64,000 nt of DNA from TPA_inf: Saccharomyces (lineage: Eukaryota): contig BK006936.2 in the NCBI GenBank assembly GCA_000146045.2, positions 256,001-320,000 of the forward strand, written 5' to 3'. Position 1 is the first letter of the stretch; each line of letters begins with the position of its first letter. The notes beneath the pieces were generated by a model, which was not told the DNA's origin, searched no databases, and saw only the letters and a list, made by a program, of their open reading frames with translations. The position numbers and the translations under genes are program-made. This document shows positions 1 to 11,709 of this stretch, piece by piece.

Positions 1-41
1 TCCAAATTCGGCGGGGAGATACAAAAAAGATTTTTGCTCTC

Positions 42-57
42 GTTCTCACATTTTCGC
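42..57. promoter_or_regulatory. Histone UAS element (Spt10-type) in the divergent HHT1-HHF1 promoter. The window begins inside this intergenic region.
   Basis: gttctcacattttcgc, read on the other strand as gcgaaaatgtgagaac, matches the histone UAS consensus GCGAAAAANTNNGAAC at 15 of 16 positions. A second weaker copy lies at about 76-91. Confidence 0.45.
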
Positions 58-220
58 ATTGTCCCATACATTATCGTTCTCACAATTTCTCACATTTCCT
101 TGCTCTGCACCTTTGCGATCCTGGCCGTAATATCTCTCCTTGACTTTTAGCGTGGAAGATAACGAAATGCCCGGGCGATTTTTCTTTTTGGTACCCTCCA
201 CGGCTCCTTGTTGAAATACA

Positions 221-228
221 TATATAAA
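221..228 (+). promoter_or_regulatory. TATA box for HHT1
   Basis: TATATAAA lies about 100 bp upstream of the HHT1 ATG. Confidence 0.5.
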
Positions 229-321
229 AGACTGTGTATTCTTCGGGATACATCTCTTTCCTCAACCTTTTATATTCTTTCTTTCTAGTTAATAAGAAAA
301 ACATCTAACATAAATATATAA

Positions 322-741
<420 letters not shown>

Positions 742-1111
742 TTTGTTGATTGTCATCAGTTTTAGTAAAAAACGAACAAAAACACAATAAAATATAAATC
801 AATATATTTAGGTTTACTGGGTTCTTTAACAGTTGTATAATAGTTATTTTTTATTACAAAAATATAGGTTTTAATAAAAAAAAATAGGGTTCTATTTGTT
901 TTACATTTATTGATTTGTTTTTCCTGGCGATACCCTCGAAAAAAGCCAGGCCTTGTAGGAGGCAAGATTTATGGCTTTCCATGTGGTTAAAGAAAAATTG
1001 CAGCAGGAAGATATTCATTCATGAGTCAGTTATATAATCGATATATAGCTACATATTAAACAACTTGAAGCCGCATACGTGGTAGGTGTCTCATTTTCAA
1101 TTCAAAATATT

Positions 1112-1975
1112 TTAAACAGAACCGGAGATGAAGAACCACTTGTCAATAGACTTGTCAATTGGAGCATCTGCCTTTGGAGAAGCTGGTGGGATGGCATCAG
1201 AGGCAGCCTTGGAGTAGGTTGGGGTGTCAGGCAAAGTAACATTGGTCAAATCAATACCCTTGCTGTCAGAAGACTTACCAGCAATTAATTGTTTCCAGGA
1301 GTCATGTGTTTCCTTGATGATATCCAAAGCGTACTTCTTGTTCTTAGCTTCACCGGAGAAGGCAAATTGGTTTTCTGGCTTACCATCTGGGATTTTGTAA
1401 ATTCTGAACCATTCGTTAGTAGCCCTCAACAGACCTGGGAAGTATTTCTCAACATCCTCAATGTCGTTCAATTTTGGGGCTAATGGATCGTTAATATCAA
1501 TGGCAATAACTTTCCAATCGGTCTCACCTTCATCCAATAAAGCCATGATACCTAGAGCCTTAACTTGCTTGACTTGACCAGTGTAAGCAATAGTTTCACC
1601 AATTTCCAACACATCAATTGGATCGTTGTCACCAACTGCCTTAGTTTCTGGGTGGCTTACGTTTGGGTCTTCCCAAGTTTGTGGGAAAGCACCATAGTTG
1701 TGAATGTAACCATGGTGAGGGAAACAGTTTCTAACAAATCTCAACTTGCCCTTCTTGGTGTCTTGGATGATTGGGTTCAAAGTTTCTTCCTTGGTGATTT
1801 CTAACTTGGCGTTGGTCCAACGTGGAATTTCAACAACCATGTTGAAAATGTTGTTTTCCTTGTCAGCGTACAAGGGAATGTCGTGGAAGGCAGAAACTGG
1901 CTTACCATCCTTTTCGATATAAACTTTGTATTCCAAGGTGTTCTTGGCACCAATTTGTCTGGTAGTGTAGGTCAT
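1112..1975 (-). CDS. IPP1: Cytoplasmic inorganic pyrophosphatase (287 aa)
   Basis: The ORF track frame 1112..2026 is used, with the start placed at the internal Met ([60 protein letters not shown]...), which matches remembered yeast Ipp1 and its 287-aa length. Confidence 0.9.
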   Translation of the reverse strand: MTYTTRQIGAKNTLEYKVYIEKDGKPVSAFHDIPLYADKENNIFNMVVEIPRWTNAKLEITKEETLNPIIQDTKKGKLRFVRNCFPHHGYIHNYGAFPQTWEDPNVSHPETKAVGDNDPIDVLEIGETIAYTGQVKQVKALGIMALLDEGETDWKVIAIDINDPLAPKLNDIEDVEKYFPGLLRATNEWFRIYKIPDGKPENQFAFSGEAKNKKYALDIIKETHDSWKQLIAGKSSDSKGIDLTNVTLPDTPTYSKAASDAIPPASPKADAPIDKSIDKWFFISGSV

Positions 1976-2669
1976 TAGTAAATTGCGCGGCGGGATATCC
2001 TGTTCTATAGACCTAAGGGACAACAAATCAAAATAGATGATTAAGAAAGTAAGTATTCAAAAACAAGTTGTAAATGAACTAACCTTCCTAACTTCGACGC
2101 GACCTTAAAACGTCGAAAAAAAACGAGAAAAAGTCATCATGAGACTATCGTATCTAATGACTGTGGCTTCTCCCAACAACCTTAGCGTCTGCGATGACGA
2201 TATTTTGAAGAACAGTCAAATCCGTTTGAATAGTGCGCCACACAGGGATAATAATAGCACATTGGCATCTCCTTCTGTGAATGAAACACTTCTACCTGGG
2301 CTTCAAAGTCCCGCAACCTTTTAGTTACATAAAATTCGGCGGCTAAATCATGATATTATATTGATGGGTAATGTAGCGTTCAGTAAAACGGTTCCTATGT
2401 ATTACTATCACGTGGGTGGGGAAGACCACATTCTTAGAGAAGAGTAATCATTTTAGCAGATTATTTTTACCTTTTTCAACTCATGAACTCATGTTCAAAG
2501 GTACAATATATTACCCTTTCTTCAAAGTATCCGAATGATTTGAACCGCACTCTGAGGGAGCCATCAAATTCTATTGAGCGACTTCGAATCGAACAATCCA
2601 ATTAAATCAGCCTTTAGCGCCATATTTCTCCTTGTATCCATTGTTTACTTCTCCCTTGTATCTTGTATA

Positions 2670-2976
2670 TGAGAATTATGGGAATAAGATAATTGTTGGG
2701 ATTCCATTGTTTTCAAAGGCTGTAATATTAGGTACACAGATTATACTAGAAGTTCTTTTCGAGGATATAGGAATCCACAAAAGGAAATCGATAGTTATAC
2801 ATAATAATATTATTGTATCTTACTTCCTTTTATATGTTGTCACTCATTATTGTGTCGTGCATTCCATTAGATTGGATGACTGTTTCTCAATCTTTATGCC
2901 ATCCTCTTACACCGCATGTGATATAATAGTAACATGAGTGCTGCGAAATAGATGATATTAAAATTTCATTCCAACA
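2670..2976 (-). mobile_element. Solo delta LTR (Ty1/Ty2-type), minus orientation, diverged
   Basis: The reverse complement aligns with the Ty1 LTR of this window, from ...ccaaca (complement of the TGTTGG terminus, here tgttggaatgaaa) to tgaga (complement of TCTCA). The internal ORF 2632..2937 translates to a variant of the LTR-internal ORF (AVILGTQIILEVLFEDIGI versus [19 protein letters not shown]). No clean target-site duplication is visible. Confidence 0.8.
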
Positions 2977-3146
2977 AAGTTCCATATATATCCATATATA
3001 TATATATATTTCACGAGGATAATGAGTTAAAATACTATGTAAAGGTATTGTGGTTCATTTTTCTTTTATCAATTTTTATCCAAGTTTTTCTGATCTATAA
3101 CATGTCCAATACACTTTTTCGAACTATAACCGCCAACAAATTTATC

Positions 3147-3596
3147 TTATAGACGAGAAACACTTTTATGATATCGATGTTCTACACCTACTGCCGATAA
3201 CACCGTGTTTTCACTATTATAGCATATACCATTTTTGTAACCAATGTGTTGTTGTAATTCTCCGCAAGGCATATCCCAGATATTCTTATATGGCCCATTT
3301 CCACTTCGTTGAAGCCTCACATCAAAAGAGCAATCTTGAGATAATTTCAAAACCACACACATCGCTGCAGTTTCATAATATCTGTCATCACTGATGCAAT
3401 AATTAAGTGACGAAATTATATCATTATTAACAGCTGTATTATTATTATAATCAAGACAAGCTGAATTTGATGCAAATATATATTCCCATTCAGTGCCGTT
3501 TCTTTCGAATTTATAGAAATCACTTCTTTGTAGGTAATTGTTCTGGCTTACTTTGAGCTTATTCATGTTAAAGTAATTGTTGGAATAAAAATCCAC
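3147..3596 (-). CDS. YBR012C-like ORF. Its first 6-7 codons come from the Ty1 LTR, and it is probably the 3' fragment of a Ty1-disrupted gene.
   Basis: 149-aa ORF MDFYSNNYFNMNKLKVSQ.... The start codon and positions 3578..3596 lie inside the 5' LTR. The ORF is in frame with YBR013C across the Ty1 insertion (see findings). Confidence 0.45.
   Translation of the reverse strand: MDFYSNNYFNMNKLKVSQNNYLQRSDFYKFERNGTEWEYIFASNSACLDYNNNTAVNNDIISSLNYCISDDRYYETAAMCVVLKLSQDCSFDVRLQRSGNGPYKNIWDMPCGELQQHIGYKNGICYNSENTVLSAVGVEHRYHKSVSRL
3573..3577. repeat. Ty1 target-site duplication, left copy (GTAAT)
   Basis: GTAAT immediately precedes the 5' LTR TGTTGG. The identical GTAAT follows the 3' LTR TCTCA at 9495..9499. 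Confidence 0.9.
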
Positions 3597-3909
3597 TATC
3601 GTCTATCAACTAATAGTTATATTATCAATATATTATCATATACGGTGTTAAGATGATGACATAAGTTATGAGAAGCTGTCATCGAAGTTAGAGGAAGCTG
3701 AAGTGCAAGGATTGATAATGTAATAGGATAATGAAACATATAAAACGGAATGAGGAATAATCGCAATATTAGTATGTAGAAATATAGATTCCATTTTGAG
3801 GATTCCTATATCCTCGAGGAGAACTTCTAGTATATTCTGTATACCTAATATTATAGCCTTTATCAACAATGGAATCCCAACAATTATCTAATTACCCACA
3901 TATATCTCA
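3578..3909 (+). repeat. Ty1 5' LTR (delta)
   Basis: The repeat runs from TGTTGGAATAAAAATCCACTATCG to CCACATATATCTCA. It is identical to the 3' LTR except at 2 positions. Confidence 0.95.
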
Positions 3910-5191
3910 TGGTAGCGCCTGTGCTTCGGTTACTTCTAAGGAAGTCCACACAAATCAAGATCCGTTAGACGTTTCAGCTTCCAAAATTCAAGAATATGAT
4001 AAGGCTTCCACTAAGGCTAACTCTCAACAGACAACAACACCTGCTTCATCAGCTGTTCCAGAGAACCCCCATCATGCCTCTCCTCAACCTGCTTCAGTAC
4101 CACCTCCACAGAATGGGCCGTACCCACAGCAGTGCATGATGACCCAAAACCAAGCCAATCCATCTGGTTGGTCATTTTACGGACACCCATCTATGATTCC
4201 GTATACACCTTATCAAATGTCGCCTATGTACTTTCCACCTGGGCCACAATCACAGTTTCCGCAGTATCCATCATCAGTTGGAACGCCTCTGAGCACTCCA
4301 TCACCTGAGTCAGGTAATACATTTACTGATTCATCCTCAGCGGACTCTGATATGACATCCACTAAAAAATATGTCAGACCACCACCAATGTTAACCTCAC
4401 CTAATGACTTTCCAAATTGGGTTAAAACATACATCAAATTTTTACAAAACTCGAATCTCGGTGGTATTATTCCGACAGTAAACGGAAAACCCGTACGTCC
4501 GATCACTGATGATGAACTCACCTTCTTGTATAACGCTTTTCAAATATTTGCTCCCTCTCAATTCCTACCTACCTGGGTCAAAGACATCCTATCCGTTGAT
4601 TATACGGATATCATGAAAATTCTTTCCAAAAGTATTGAAAAAATGCAATCTGATACCCAAGAGGCAAACGACATTGTGACCCTGGCAAATTTGCAATATA
4701 ATGGCAGTACACCTGCAGATGCATTTGAAACAAAAGTCACAAACATTATCGACAGACTGAACAATAATGGCATTCATATCAATAACAAGGTCGCATGTCA
4801 ATTAATTATGAGAGGTCTATCTGGCGAATATAAATTTTTACGCTACACACGTCATCGACATCTAAATATGACAGTCGCTGAACTGTTCTTAGATATCCAT
4901 GCTATTTATGAAGAACAACAGGGATCGAGAAACAGCAAACCTAATTACAGGAGAAATCCGAGTGATGAGAAGAATGATTCTCGCAGCTATACGAATACAA
5001 CCAAACCCAAAGTTATAGCTCGGAATCCTCAAAAAACAAATAATTCGAAATCGAAAACAGCCAGGGCTCACAATGTATCCACATCTAATAACTCTCCCAG
5101 CACGGACAACGATTCCATCAGTAAATCAACTACTGAACCGATTCAATTGAACAATAAGCACGACCTTCATCTTAGGCCAGAAACTTACTGA
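3869..5191 (+). CDS. TYA1: Ty1 Gag (TYA, 440 aa). The ATG lies in the U5 part of the 5' LTR.
   Basis: The ORF translation matches Ty1 Gag. The start inside the LTR at element position about 292 is standard for Ty1. Confidence 0.95.
   Translation: MESQQLSNYPHISHGSACASVTSKEVHTNQDPLDVSASKIQEYDKASTKANSQQTTTPASSAVPENPHHASPQPASVPPPQNGPYPQQCMMTQNQANPSGWSFYGHPSMIPYTPYQMSPMYFPPGPQSQFPQYPSSVGTPLSTPSPESGNTFTDSSSADSDMTSTKKYVRPPPMLTSPNDFPNWVKTYIKFLQNSNLGGIIPTVNGKPVRPITDDELTFLYNAFQIFAPSQFLPTWVKDILSVDYTDIMKILSKSIEKMQSDTQEANDIVTLANLQYNGSTPADAFETKVTNIIDRLNNNGIHINNKVACQLIMRGLSGEYKFLRYTRHRHLNMTVAELFLDIHAIYEEQQGSRNSKPNYRRNPSDEKNDSRSYTNTTKPKVIARNPQKTNNSKSKTARAHNVSTSNNSPSTDNDSISKSTTEPIQLNNKHDLHLRPETY
3910..3919 (+). 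other. Ty1 minus-strand primer-binding site (complementary to the initiator tRNA-Met 3' end)
   Basis: TGGTAGCGCC lies directly 3' of the 5' LTR, which is the classic Ty1 primer-binding site. Confidence 0.85.
5171..5177 (+). other. Ty1 +1 ribosomal frameshift heptamer CTT-AGG-C
   Basis: An exact CTTAGGC lies 14 nt before the TYA stop. CTT is in the Gag frame and GGC in the Pol frame. Confidence 0.9.
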
Positions 5192-8100
5192 ATCTACAGT
5201 AAATCATACTAATCATTCTGATGATGAACTCCCTGGACACCTCCTTCTCGATTCAGGAGCATCACGAACCCTTATAAGATCTGCTCATCACATACACTCA
5301 GCATCATCTAATCCTGACATAAACGTAGTTGATGCTCAAAAAAGAAATATACCAATTAACGCTATTGGTGACCTACAATTTCACTTCCAGGACAACACCA
5401 AAACATCATTAAAGGTATTGCACACTCCTAACATAGCCTATGACTTACTCAGTTTGAATGAATTGGCTGCAGTAGATATCACAGCATGCTTTACCAAAAA
5501 CGTCTTAGAACGATCTGACGGCACTGTACTTGCACCTATCGTAAAATATGGAGACTTTTACTGGGTATCTAAAAAGTACTTGCTTCCATCAAATATCTCC
5601 GTACCCACCATCAATAATGTCCATACAAGTGAAAGTACACGCAAATATCCTTATCCTTTCATTCATCGAATGCTTGCGCATGCCAATGCACAGACAATTC
5701 GATACTCACTTAAAAATAACACCATCACGTATTTTAACGAATCAGATGTCGACTGGTCTAGTGCTATTGACTATCAATGTCCTGATTGTTTAATCGGCAA
5801 AAGCACCAAACACAGACATATCAAAGGTTCACGACTAAAATACCAAAATTCATACGAACCCTTTCAATACCTACATACTGACATATTTGGTCCAGTTCAC
5901 AACCTACCAAAAAGTGCACCATCCTATTTCATCTCATTTACTGATGAGACAACAAAATTCCGTTGGGTTTATCCATTACACGACCGTCGCGAGGACTCTA
6001 TCCTCGATGTTTTTACTACGATACTAGCTTTTATTAAAAACCAGTTTCAGGCCAGTGTCTTGGTTATACAAATGGACCGTGGTTCTGAGTATACTAACAG
6101 AACTCTCCATAAATTCCTTGAAAAAAATGGTATAACTCCATGCTATACAACCACAGCGGATTCCCGAGCACATGGAGTCGCTGAACGGCTGAACCGTACC
6201 TTATTAGATGACTGCCGTACTCAACTGCAATGTAGTGGTTTACCGAACCATTTATGGTTCTCTGCAATCGAATTTTCTACTATTGTGAGAAATTCACTAG
6301 CTTCACCTAAAAGCAAAAAATCTGCAAGACAACATGCTGGCTTGGCAGGACTTGATATCAGTACTTTGTTACCTTTCGGTCAACCTGTTATCGTCAATGA
6401 TCACAACCCTAACTCCAAAATACATCCTCGTGGCATCCCAGGCTACGCTCTACATCCGTCTCGAAACTCTTATGGATATATCATCTATCTTCCATCCTTA
6501 AAGAAGACAGTAGATACAACTAACTATGTTATTCTTCAGGGCAAGGACTCCAGATTAGATCAATTCAATTACGACGCACTCACTTTCGATGAAGACTTAA
6601 ACCGTTTAACTGCTTCATATCAATCGTTCATTGCGTCAAATGAGATCCAACAATCCAATGATCTTAACATAGAATCAGACCATGACTTTCAATCTGATAT
6701 TGAACTATATCCTGAGCAACCGAGAAATGTCCTTTCAAAAGCTGTGAGTCCAACCGATTCCACACCCCCGTCAACTCATACTGAAGATTCGAAACGTGTT
6801 TCTAAAACCAATATTCGCGCACCCAGAGAAGTTGACCCCAACATATCTGAATCTAATATTCTTCCATCTAAGAAGAGATCTAGCACCCCCCAAATTTCCG
6901 ATATCGAGAGTACCGATTCGGGTGGTATGCATAGATTAGATGTTCCTTTACTTGCTCCCATGTCCCAATCTAACACACATGAGTCGTCGTACGCCAGTAA
7001 ATCTAAAGATTTCAGACACTCAGACTCGTACAGTGACAATGAGACTAATCATACAAACGTACCAATATCCAGTACGGGTGGTACCAATAATAAAACTGTT
7101 CCGCAGACAAGCGAACAGGAGACTGAGAAAAGGATTATACACCGCTTCACCTCCGATCGGATACTTCCGTCATCAGAAAGTAATTCACTACACCATGTCG
7201 TTCCTATCAAAACGTCAGATACTTGTTTTAAGGAAAATACAGAGGAATCTATTATCGCTGATCTTCCACTCCCCGATCTGCCTCCAGAACCTCCTACCGA
7301 ATTATCAGACTCTTTTAAAGAACTTCCACCGATCAATTCTCGTCAAACTAATTCCAGTTTGGGTGGTATTGGTGACTCTAATGCCTATACTACTATCAAC
7401 AGTAAGAAAAGATCATTAGAAGATAATGAAACTGAAATTAAGGTATCACGAGACACATGGAATACTAAGAATATGCGTAGTTTAGAACCTCCGAGATCGA
7501 AGAAACGAATTCACCTGATTGCAGCTGTAAAAGCAGTAAAATCAATCAAACCAATACGAACAACCTTACGATACGATGAGGCAATCACCTATAATAAAGA
7601 TATTAAAGAAAAAGAAAAATATATCGAGGCATACCACAAAGAAGTCAATCAACTGTTGAAGATGAAAACTTGGGACACTGACAAATATTATGACAGAAAA
7701 GAAATAGACCCTAAAAGAGTAATAAATTCAATGTTTATCTTCAACAGGAAACGTGACGGTACTCATAAAGCTAGATTTGTTGCAAGAGGTGATATTCAGC
7801 ATCCTGACACTTACGACTCAGGCATGCAATCCAATACCGTACATCACTATGCATTAATGACATCCCTGTCACTTGCATTAGACAATAACTACTATATTAC
7901 ACAATTAGACATATCTTCGGCATATTTGTATGCAGACATCAAAGAAGAATTATACATAAGACCTCCACCACATTTAGGAATGAATGATAAGTTGATACGT
8001 TTGAAGAAATCACTTTATGGATTGAAACAAAGTGGAGCGAACTGGTACGAAACTATCAAATCATACCTGATAAAACAGTGTGGTATGGAAGAAGTTCGTG

Positions 8101-9140
8101 GATGGTCATGCGTATTTAAGAATAGTCAAGTAACAATTTGCTTATTCGTTGATGATATGATATTGTTCAGCAAGGACTTAAATTCGAATAAAAGAATTAT
8201 AGCAAAACTCAAGATGCAATACGATACCAAGATTATAAATCTAGGTGAAAGCGATGATGAAATTCAACACGACATCCTTGGCTTAGAAATCAAATATCAA
8301 AGAGGTAAATACATGAAATTAGGTATGGAAAACTCATTAACTGAGAAAATACCCAAATTAAACGTACCTTTGAATCCAAACGGAAGAAAACTTGGTGCCC
8401 CAGGCCAACCAGGTCTCTATATAAACCAGCAAGAACTAGAGCTAGAAGAAGATGATTACAAAATGAAGGTACATGAAATGCAAAAGCTGATAGGTCTAGC
8501 ATCATATGTTGGATATAAATTTAGATTTGACCTATTATACTACATCAACACACTTGCACAACATATACTATTTCCGTCCAAGCAAGTGTTAGATATGACA
8601 TATGAATTGATACAGTTCATATGGAATACGAGAGATAAGCAATTAATATGGCACAAAAGCAAACCTGTTAAGCCAACAAATAAATTAGTTGTTATAAGCG
8701 ATGCCTCGTATGGTAACCAACCGTATTATAAATCACAAATTGGCAACATATATTTACTTAATGGAAAAGTAATTGGAGGAAAGTCCACCAAGGCTTCATT
8801 AACATGTACTTCAACTACGGAAGCAGAAATACACGCAATAAGTGAATCTGTCCCATTATTAAATAATCTAAGTTACCTGATACAAGAACTCGACAAGAAA
8901 CCAATTACCAAAGGATTACTAACCGACAGTAAATCTACAATCAGTATAATTATATCCAATAATGAAGAGAAATTTAGAAACAGATTTTTTGGTACTAAAG
9001 CAATGAGACTGAGAGATGAAGTATCAGGAAATCATCTGCACGTATGCTATATCGAAACCAAAAAGAATATTGCAGACGTAATGACCAAACCTCTTCCGAT
9101 AAAAACATTCAAACTATTAACAAACAAATGGATTCATTAG
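5175..9140 (+). CDS. TYB1: Ty1 Pol (protease, integrase, reverse transcriptase, RNase H). It is expressed as a Gag-Pol fusion: 3869..5173 joined to 5175..9140.
   Basis: The +1 frame is open from the frameshift site to 9140. The ORF track gives 5418..9140 starting from the first Met. The integrase HHCC motif ([10 protein letters not shown]...[12 protein letters not shown]), the RT YXDD motif (FVDDMIL at about 8146..8166) and RNase H residues are present, with no internal stops. Confidence 0.9.
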   Translation, partial: GQKLTESTVNHTNHSDDELPGHLLLDSGASRTLIRSAHHIHSASSNPDINVVDAQKRNIPINAIGDLQFHFQDNTKTSLKVLHTPNIAYDLLSLNELAAVDITACFTKNVLERSDGTVLAPIVKYGDFYWVSKKYLLPSNISVPTINNVHTSESTRKYPYPFIHRMLAHANAQTIRYSLKNNTITYFNESDVDWSSAIDYQCPDCLIGKSTKHRHIKGSRLKYQNSYEPFQYLHTDIFGPVHNLPKSAPSYFISFTDETTKFRWVYPLHDRREDSILDVFTTILAFIKNQFQASVLVIQMDRGSEYTNRTLHKFLEKNGITPCYTTTADSRAHGVAERLNRTLLDDCRTQLQCSGLPNHLWFSAIEFSTIVRNSLASPKSKKSARQHAGLAGLDISTLLPFGQPVIVNDHNPNSKIHPRGIPGYALHPSRNSYGYIIYLPSLKKTVDTTNYVILQGKDSRLDQFNYDALTFDEDLNRLTASYQSFIASNEIQQSNDLNIESDHDFQSDIELYPEQPRNVLSKAVSPTDSTPPSTHTEDSKRVSKTNIRAPREVDPNISESNILPSKKRSSTPQISDIESTDSGGMHRLDVPLLAPMSQSNTHESSYASKSKDFRHSDSYSDNETNHTNVPISSTGGTNNKTVPQTSEQETEKRIIHRFTSDRILPSSESNSLHHVVPIKTSDTCFKENTEESIIADLPLPDLPPEPPTELSDSFKELPPINSRQTNSSLGGIGDSNAYTTINSKKRSLEDNETEIKVSRDTWNTKNMRSLEPPRSKKRIHLIAAVKAVKSIKPIRTTLRYDEAITYNKDIKEKEKYIEAYHKEVNQLLKMKTWDTDKYYDRKEIDPKRVINSMFIFNRKRDGTHKARFVARGDIQHPDTYDSGMQSNTVHHYALMTSLSLALDNNYYITQLDISSAYLYADIKEELYIRPPPHLGMNDKLIRLKKSLYGLKQSGANWYETIKSYLIKQCGMEEVRGWSCVFKNSQVTICLFVDDMILFSKDLNSNKRIIAKLKMQYDTKIINLGESDDEIQHDILGLEIKYQRGKYMKLGMENSLTEKIPKLNVPLNPNGRKLGAPGQPGLYINQQELELEEDDYKMKVHEMQKLIGLASYVGYKFRFDLLYYINTLAQHILFPSKQVLDMTYELIQFIWNTRDKQLIWHKSKPVKPTNKLVVISDASYGNQPYYKSQIGNIYLLNGKVIGGKSTKASLTCTSTTEAEIHAISESVPLLNNLSYLIQELDKKPITKGLLTDSKSTISIIISNNEEKFRNRFFGTKAMRLRDEVSGNHLHVCYIETKKNIADVMTKPLPIKTFKLLTNKWIH

Positions 9141-9153
9141 ATCTATTACATTA

Positions 9154-9162
9154 TGGGTGGTA
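9154..9162 (+). other. Ty1 polypurine tract (plus-strand primer)
   Basis: TGGGTGGTA lies immediately 5' of the 3' LTR. Confidence 0.7.
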
Positions 9163-9494
9163 TGTTGGAATAAAAATCCACTATCGTCTATCAACTAATA
9201 GTTATATTATCAATATATTATCATATACGGTGTTAAGATGATGACATAAGTTATGAGAAGCTGTCATCGAAGTTAGAGGAAGCTGAAGTGCAAGGATTGA
9301 TAATGTAATAGGATAATGAAACATATAAAACGGAATGAGGAATAATCGTAATATTAGTATGTAGAAATATAGATTCCATTTGGAGGATTCCTATATCCTC
9401 GAGGAGAACTTCTAGTATATTCTGTATACCTAATATTATAGCCTTTATCAACAATGGAATCCCAACAATTATCTAATTACCCACATATATCTCA
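9163..9494 (+). repeat. Ty1 3' LTR (delta)
   Basis: It shares termini with the 5' LTR. The differences from the 5' LTR are C versus T (aatcgCaat versus aatcgTaat) and T versus G (ccatttTgagg versus ccatttGgagg). Confidence 0.95.
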
Positions 9495-9881
9495 GTAATT
9501 CACAGTTAACAACAGTTGATAAAAAATATTCTGTATACACGTCCCCACTCTGTGATAAAGCTTCCTGTTTGCTTGTAAATTAAGTGAATTTTCAAGGGCA
9601 TTATCAAAGGCCTTAGTAATAATGGTAATAATATATGGATACGAAGAATTTTTCGTATAATCGCATGCATTATTACTTAACATATTTTCAGTTGAATAAT
9701 TCATTGAAAGAGCGTCTGACTCACAAAATGGCGCAGATTTTGCCAAAGTATTATTAATTTGTACACTATTATGAGAGAGAGTTACCCCTTCAATACCCTT
9801 TTGCGTACTATTTTCAAGACATGCATAGCTACCCAACAGAAATGCACCTAGGATACATATCCTGAATAAGGGATATATCAT
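9492..9881 (-). CDS. YBR013C-like ORF (129 aa) with a predicted N-terminal signal peptide. Its stop codon is supplied by the Ty1 LTR terminus.
   Basis: The ORF begins MIYPLFRICILGAFLLGSYACLENSTQ.... Its TGA stop is the complement of LTR bases 9492..9494 (TCA of TCTCA). The N-terminus is hydrophobic and secretory-like. Confidence 0.55.
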   Translation of the reverse strand: MIYPLFRICILGAFLLGSYACLENSTQKGIEGVTLSHNSVQINNTLAKSAPFCESDALSMNYSTENMLSNNACDYTKNSSYPYIITIITKAFDNALENSLNLQANRKLYHRVGTCIQNIFYQLLLTVNY

Positions 9882-10150
9882 TATGAGGTTAAGTGGCCTA
9901 AAAACGCAATTAATACGGATCCTTGTACTATTAAGTCTTTTCTATCTCTGAAAATTAACTTAAGAAGCGAGGCTATCTAGATTAGTGTTGATGTATATGT
10001 GTATGCTGTCCTGGTGTAGCTGTGGTTTTTATAGATTATCTCAGATTTGTGATACTCTGTAAGTGGCGGCCTCATTTTGTCTCTCCTTGAATACGAAAAT
10101 TTGTGGGCTAAAGATTTATTCTCATCAACAAATCAAGTAACAATCATTCG

Positions 10151-10256
10151 TGTTGGAATAAAAATCAAATACCGTCTATCATCTAACACCGTATATGATA
10201 ATATATTGATAGTATAACTATTGGTTGATAGACGATAGTTGATTTTTATACCAACA
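10151..10256. mobile_element. Two truncated delta LTR 5' ends head-to-head: about 31 bp on the plus strand and about 75 bp on the minus strand
   Basis: The plus strand reads tgttggaataaaaatcaaataccgtctatca.... The minus strand from 10256 reads tgttggtataaaaatcaactatcgtctatcaaccaatagttatactatcaatatattatcatatacggtgttaga, matching the delta start. This forms 31-bp inverted-repeat arms (28 of 31 match) about 120 bp upstream of the tRNA. Confidence 0.75.
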
Positions 10257-10377
10257 CTAGGAAACCACAATCCAAGATGAGATAAATATAGAGGAAAATA
10301 CAAGTTTGAGTTTAGATCTGAAGTTACCTTAACATTTGTATAAGCAAATTCGCTACGCGACTCTCACATCAAAAACT

Positions 10378-10450
10378 GCTTCTATGGCCAAGTTGGTAAG
10401 GCGCCACACTAGTAATGTGGAGATCATCGGTTCAAATCCGATTGGAAGCA
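10378..10450 (+). tRNA. tT(AGU): tRNA-Thr (anticodon AGT), 73 nt, no intron
   Basis: The cloverleaf has acceptor stem GCTTCTA/TGGAAGC, an A box TGGCCAAGTTGG, an anticodon loop CTAGTAA (AGT) and a B box GGTTCAAATCC. It matches remembered yeast tRNA-Thr(IGU). Confidence 0.9.
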
Positions 10451-10457
10451 TTTTTTT
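10451..10457 (+). terminator. Pol III terminator T-run
   Basis: TTTTTTT lies immediately after the tRNA 3' end. Confidence 0.7.
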
Positions 10458-10724
10458 GAATACTGAAAAATTAAGCTGATCACCAAACTCATGTAATATA
10501 TATGCTTGACTATACAAATTACAGGCTTCTTCTCATATTTTTCTGCTCTACGTTAACCTACTTTAAACAGTCCAAAAGGCTTATGTTGTCCACATGAAAT
10601 GCCTAAAACAGATGGCCAATATTTAATTTTTTTCCTTACTACATTTAAATCTGTATACTACCTAAATATCCTCTTTCGCTACTGTGGGAGAAGAAGAAGA
10701 ATAACTCTCAGTTTATAATCTGAT

Positions 10725-11336
10725 CTAGGCACTCTCAGATTGCGAATTAGCTTTTACAGTAAACGCCCCATCGCTCCATTTTTTGAAAGAGTCTAGAAGT
10801 TCATCATTTTTATGTAACTCTGCTATCTCAGTATAACCACCTCTGGAAGTACCACCGATGATAACGTTTGGGACTGTTCTCCTACCAGTGACTTTTTCAA
10901 TCTGGTCTTGTAGTTCTTTTGTGTGTTCGTGCCTATCCAATTCTACAACGTAGTAAGATGGAGAAAACGTGTACGAATTAGTCAACAAAGCTTTCAGTTT
11001 TTTGCTATATGGGCAGCCAGTCTTGCTAAATACAATCATGGGTGACTGTTCCATTATTTTGTTGTATTCTGCAGCGGCATCAAATTCAGCGTCCCCACTA
11101 TTTTTATCAACTTCTTCGGCTTCCTTATCTTGTGTATTTACTGTATCATGGACAGATTGGTGAGTGCCAGGTGCATTTCCTGAATTGTCAAACGTCACCA
11201 ATGAATCAGGATGGTGAGTAGTAATACTTTCGTTGACGCTAGCATTCGAATTCCTTAACACAAAAAACACAACAATGAGCAGTAAATTAGTTATTACCAA
11301 GACTCTCACGTTTCTTTTGTTTATAACAATAGCCAT
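10725..11336 (-). CDS. GRX7: Monothiol glutaredoxin of the secretory pathway (203 aa)
   Basis: It has an N-terminal TM/signal segment and a glutaredoxin fold with the CPYS active site (FSKTGCPYSKK). It matches remembered Grx7 (YBR014C). Confidence 0.85.
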   Translation of the reverse strand: MAIVINKRNVRVLVITNLLLIVVFFVLRNSNASVNESITTHHPDSLVTFDNSGNAPGTHQSVHDTVNTQDKEAEEVDKNSGDAEFDAAAEYNKIMEQSPMIVFSKTGCPYSKKLKALLTNSYTFSPSYYVVELDRHEHTKELQDQIEKVTGRRTVPNVIIGGTSRGGYTEIAELHKNDELLDSFKKWSDGAFTVKANSQSESA

Positions 11337-11709
11337 CTCTAATTTTCTTCAGTTGTTTTGCGTTTAATTTGAAAATTTTGCTTCTTTCCAATATATAGGT
11401 TTTTTCTTTTATTTGATTCGAGCTTTTTCACTGAGGGGATATGTACACATTGGCAAATATCCTGCCGAAAGTACTTCTTTATTTTTTTTCAAAACGCAGT
11501 CCCACTTACCGGTATGACGTAGTCTCGATTCTCAAATACACCCGGGACTGCATATTTATACATCTGTAGTAAAGTCATTTTATATGGATTGTGAAGGAAA
11601 AAATTTACATAACTGGAAGATAAATAAACATAACTATGTAAGGAATAGTAATAAGAATGTAGAAAACGCCAATGGAAGTTGTCCAAACTATAGTCCGACC
11701 CGTTGCATA

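Larger units (their letters stand above)
3578..9494 (+). mobile_element. Full-length Ty1 LTR retrotransposon (5917 bp), apparently intact
   Basis: It has 332-bp direct LTRs that begin TGTTGG and end TCTCA. It carries TYA and TYB ORFs, a primer-binding site, a +1 frameshift heptamer, a polypurine tract and a 5-bp target-site duplication. The Gag sequence is Ty1-type ([42 protein letters not shown]-like). Confidence 0.97.

Noticed and set aside
3666-3869. 67-aa minus-strand ORFs inside both Ty1 LTRs (also 9251..9454), and a 101-aa ORF inside the solo delta (2632..2937)
   Set aside because: These are LTR-internal frames that recur in every delta copy; they are not independent genes. They were useful only as a marker for recognising the diverged solo delta.
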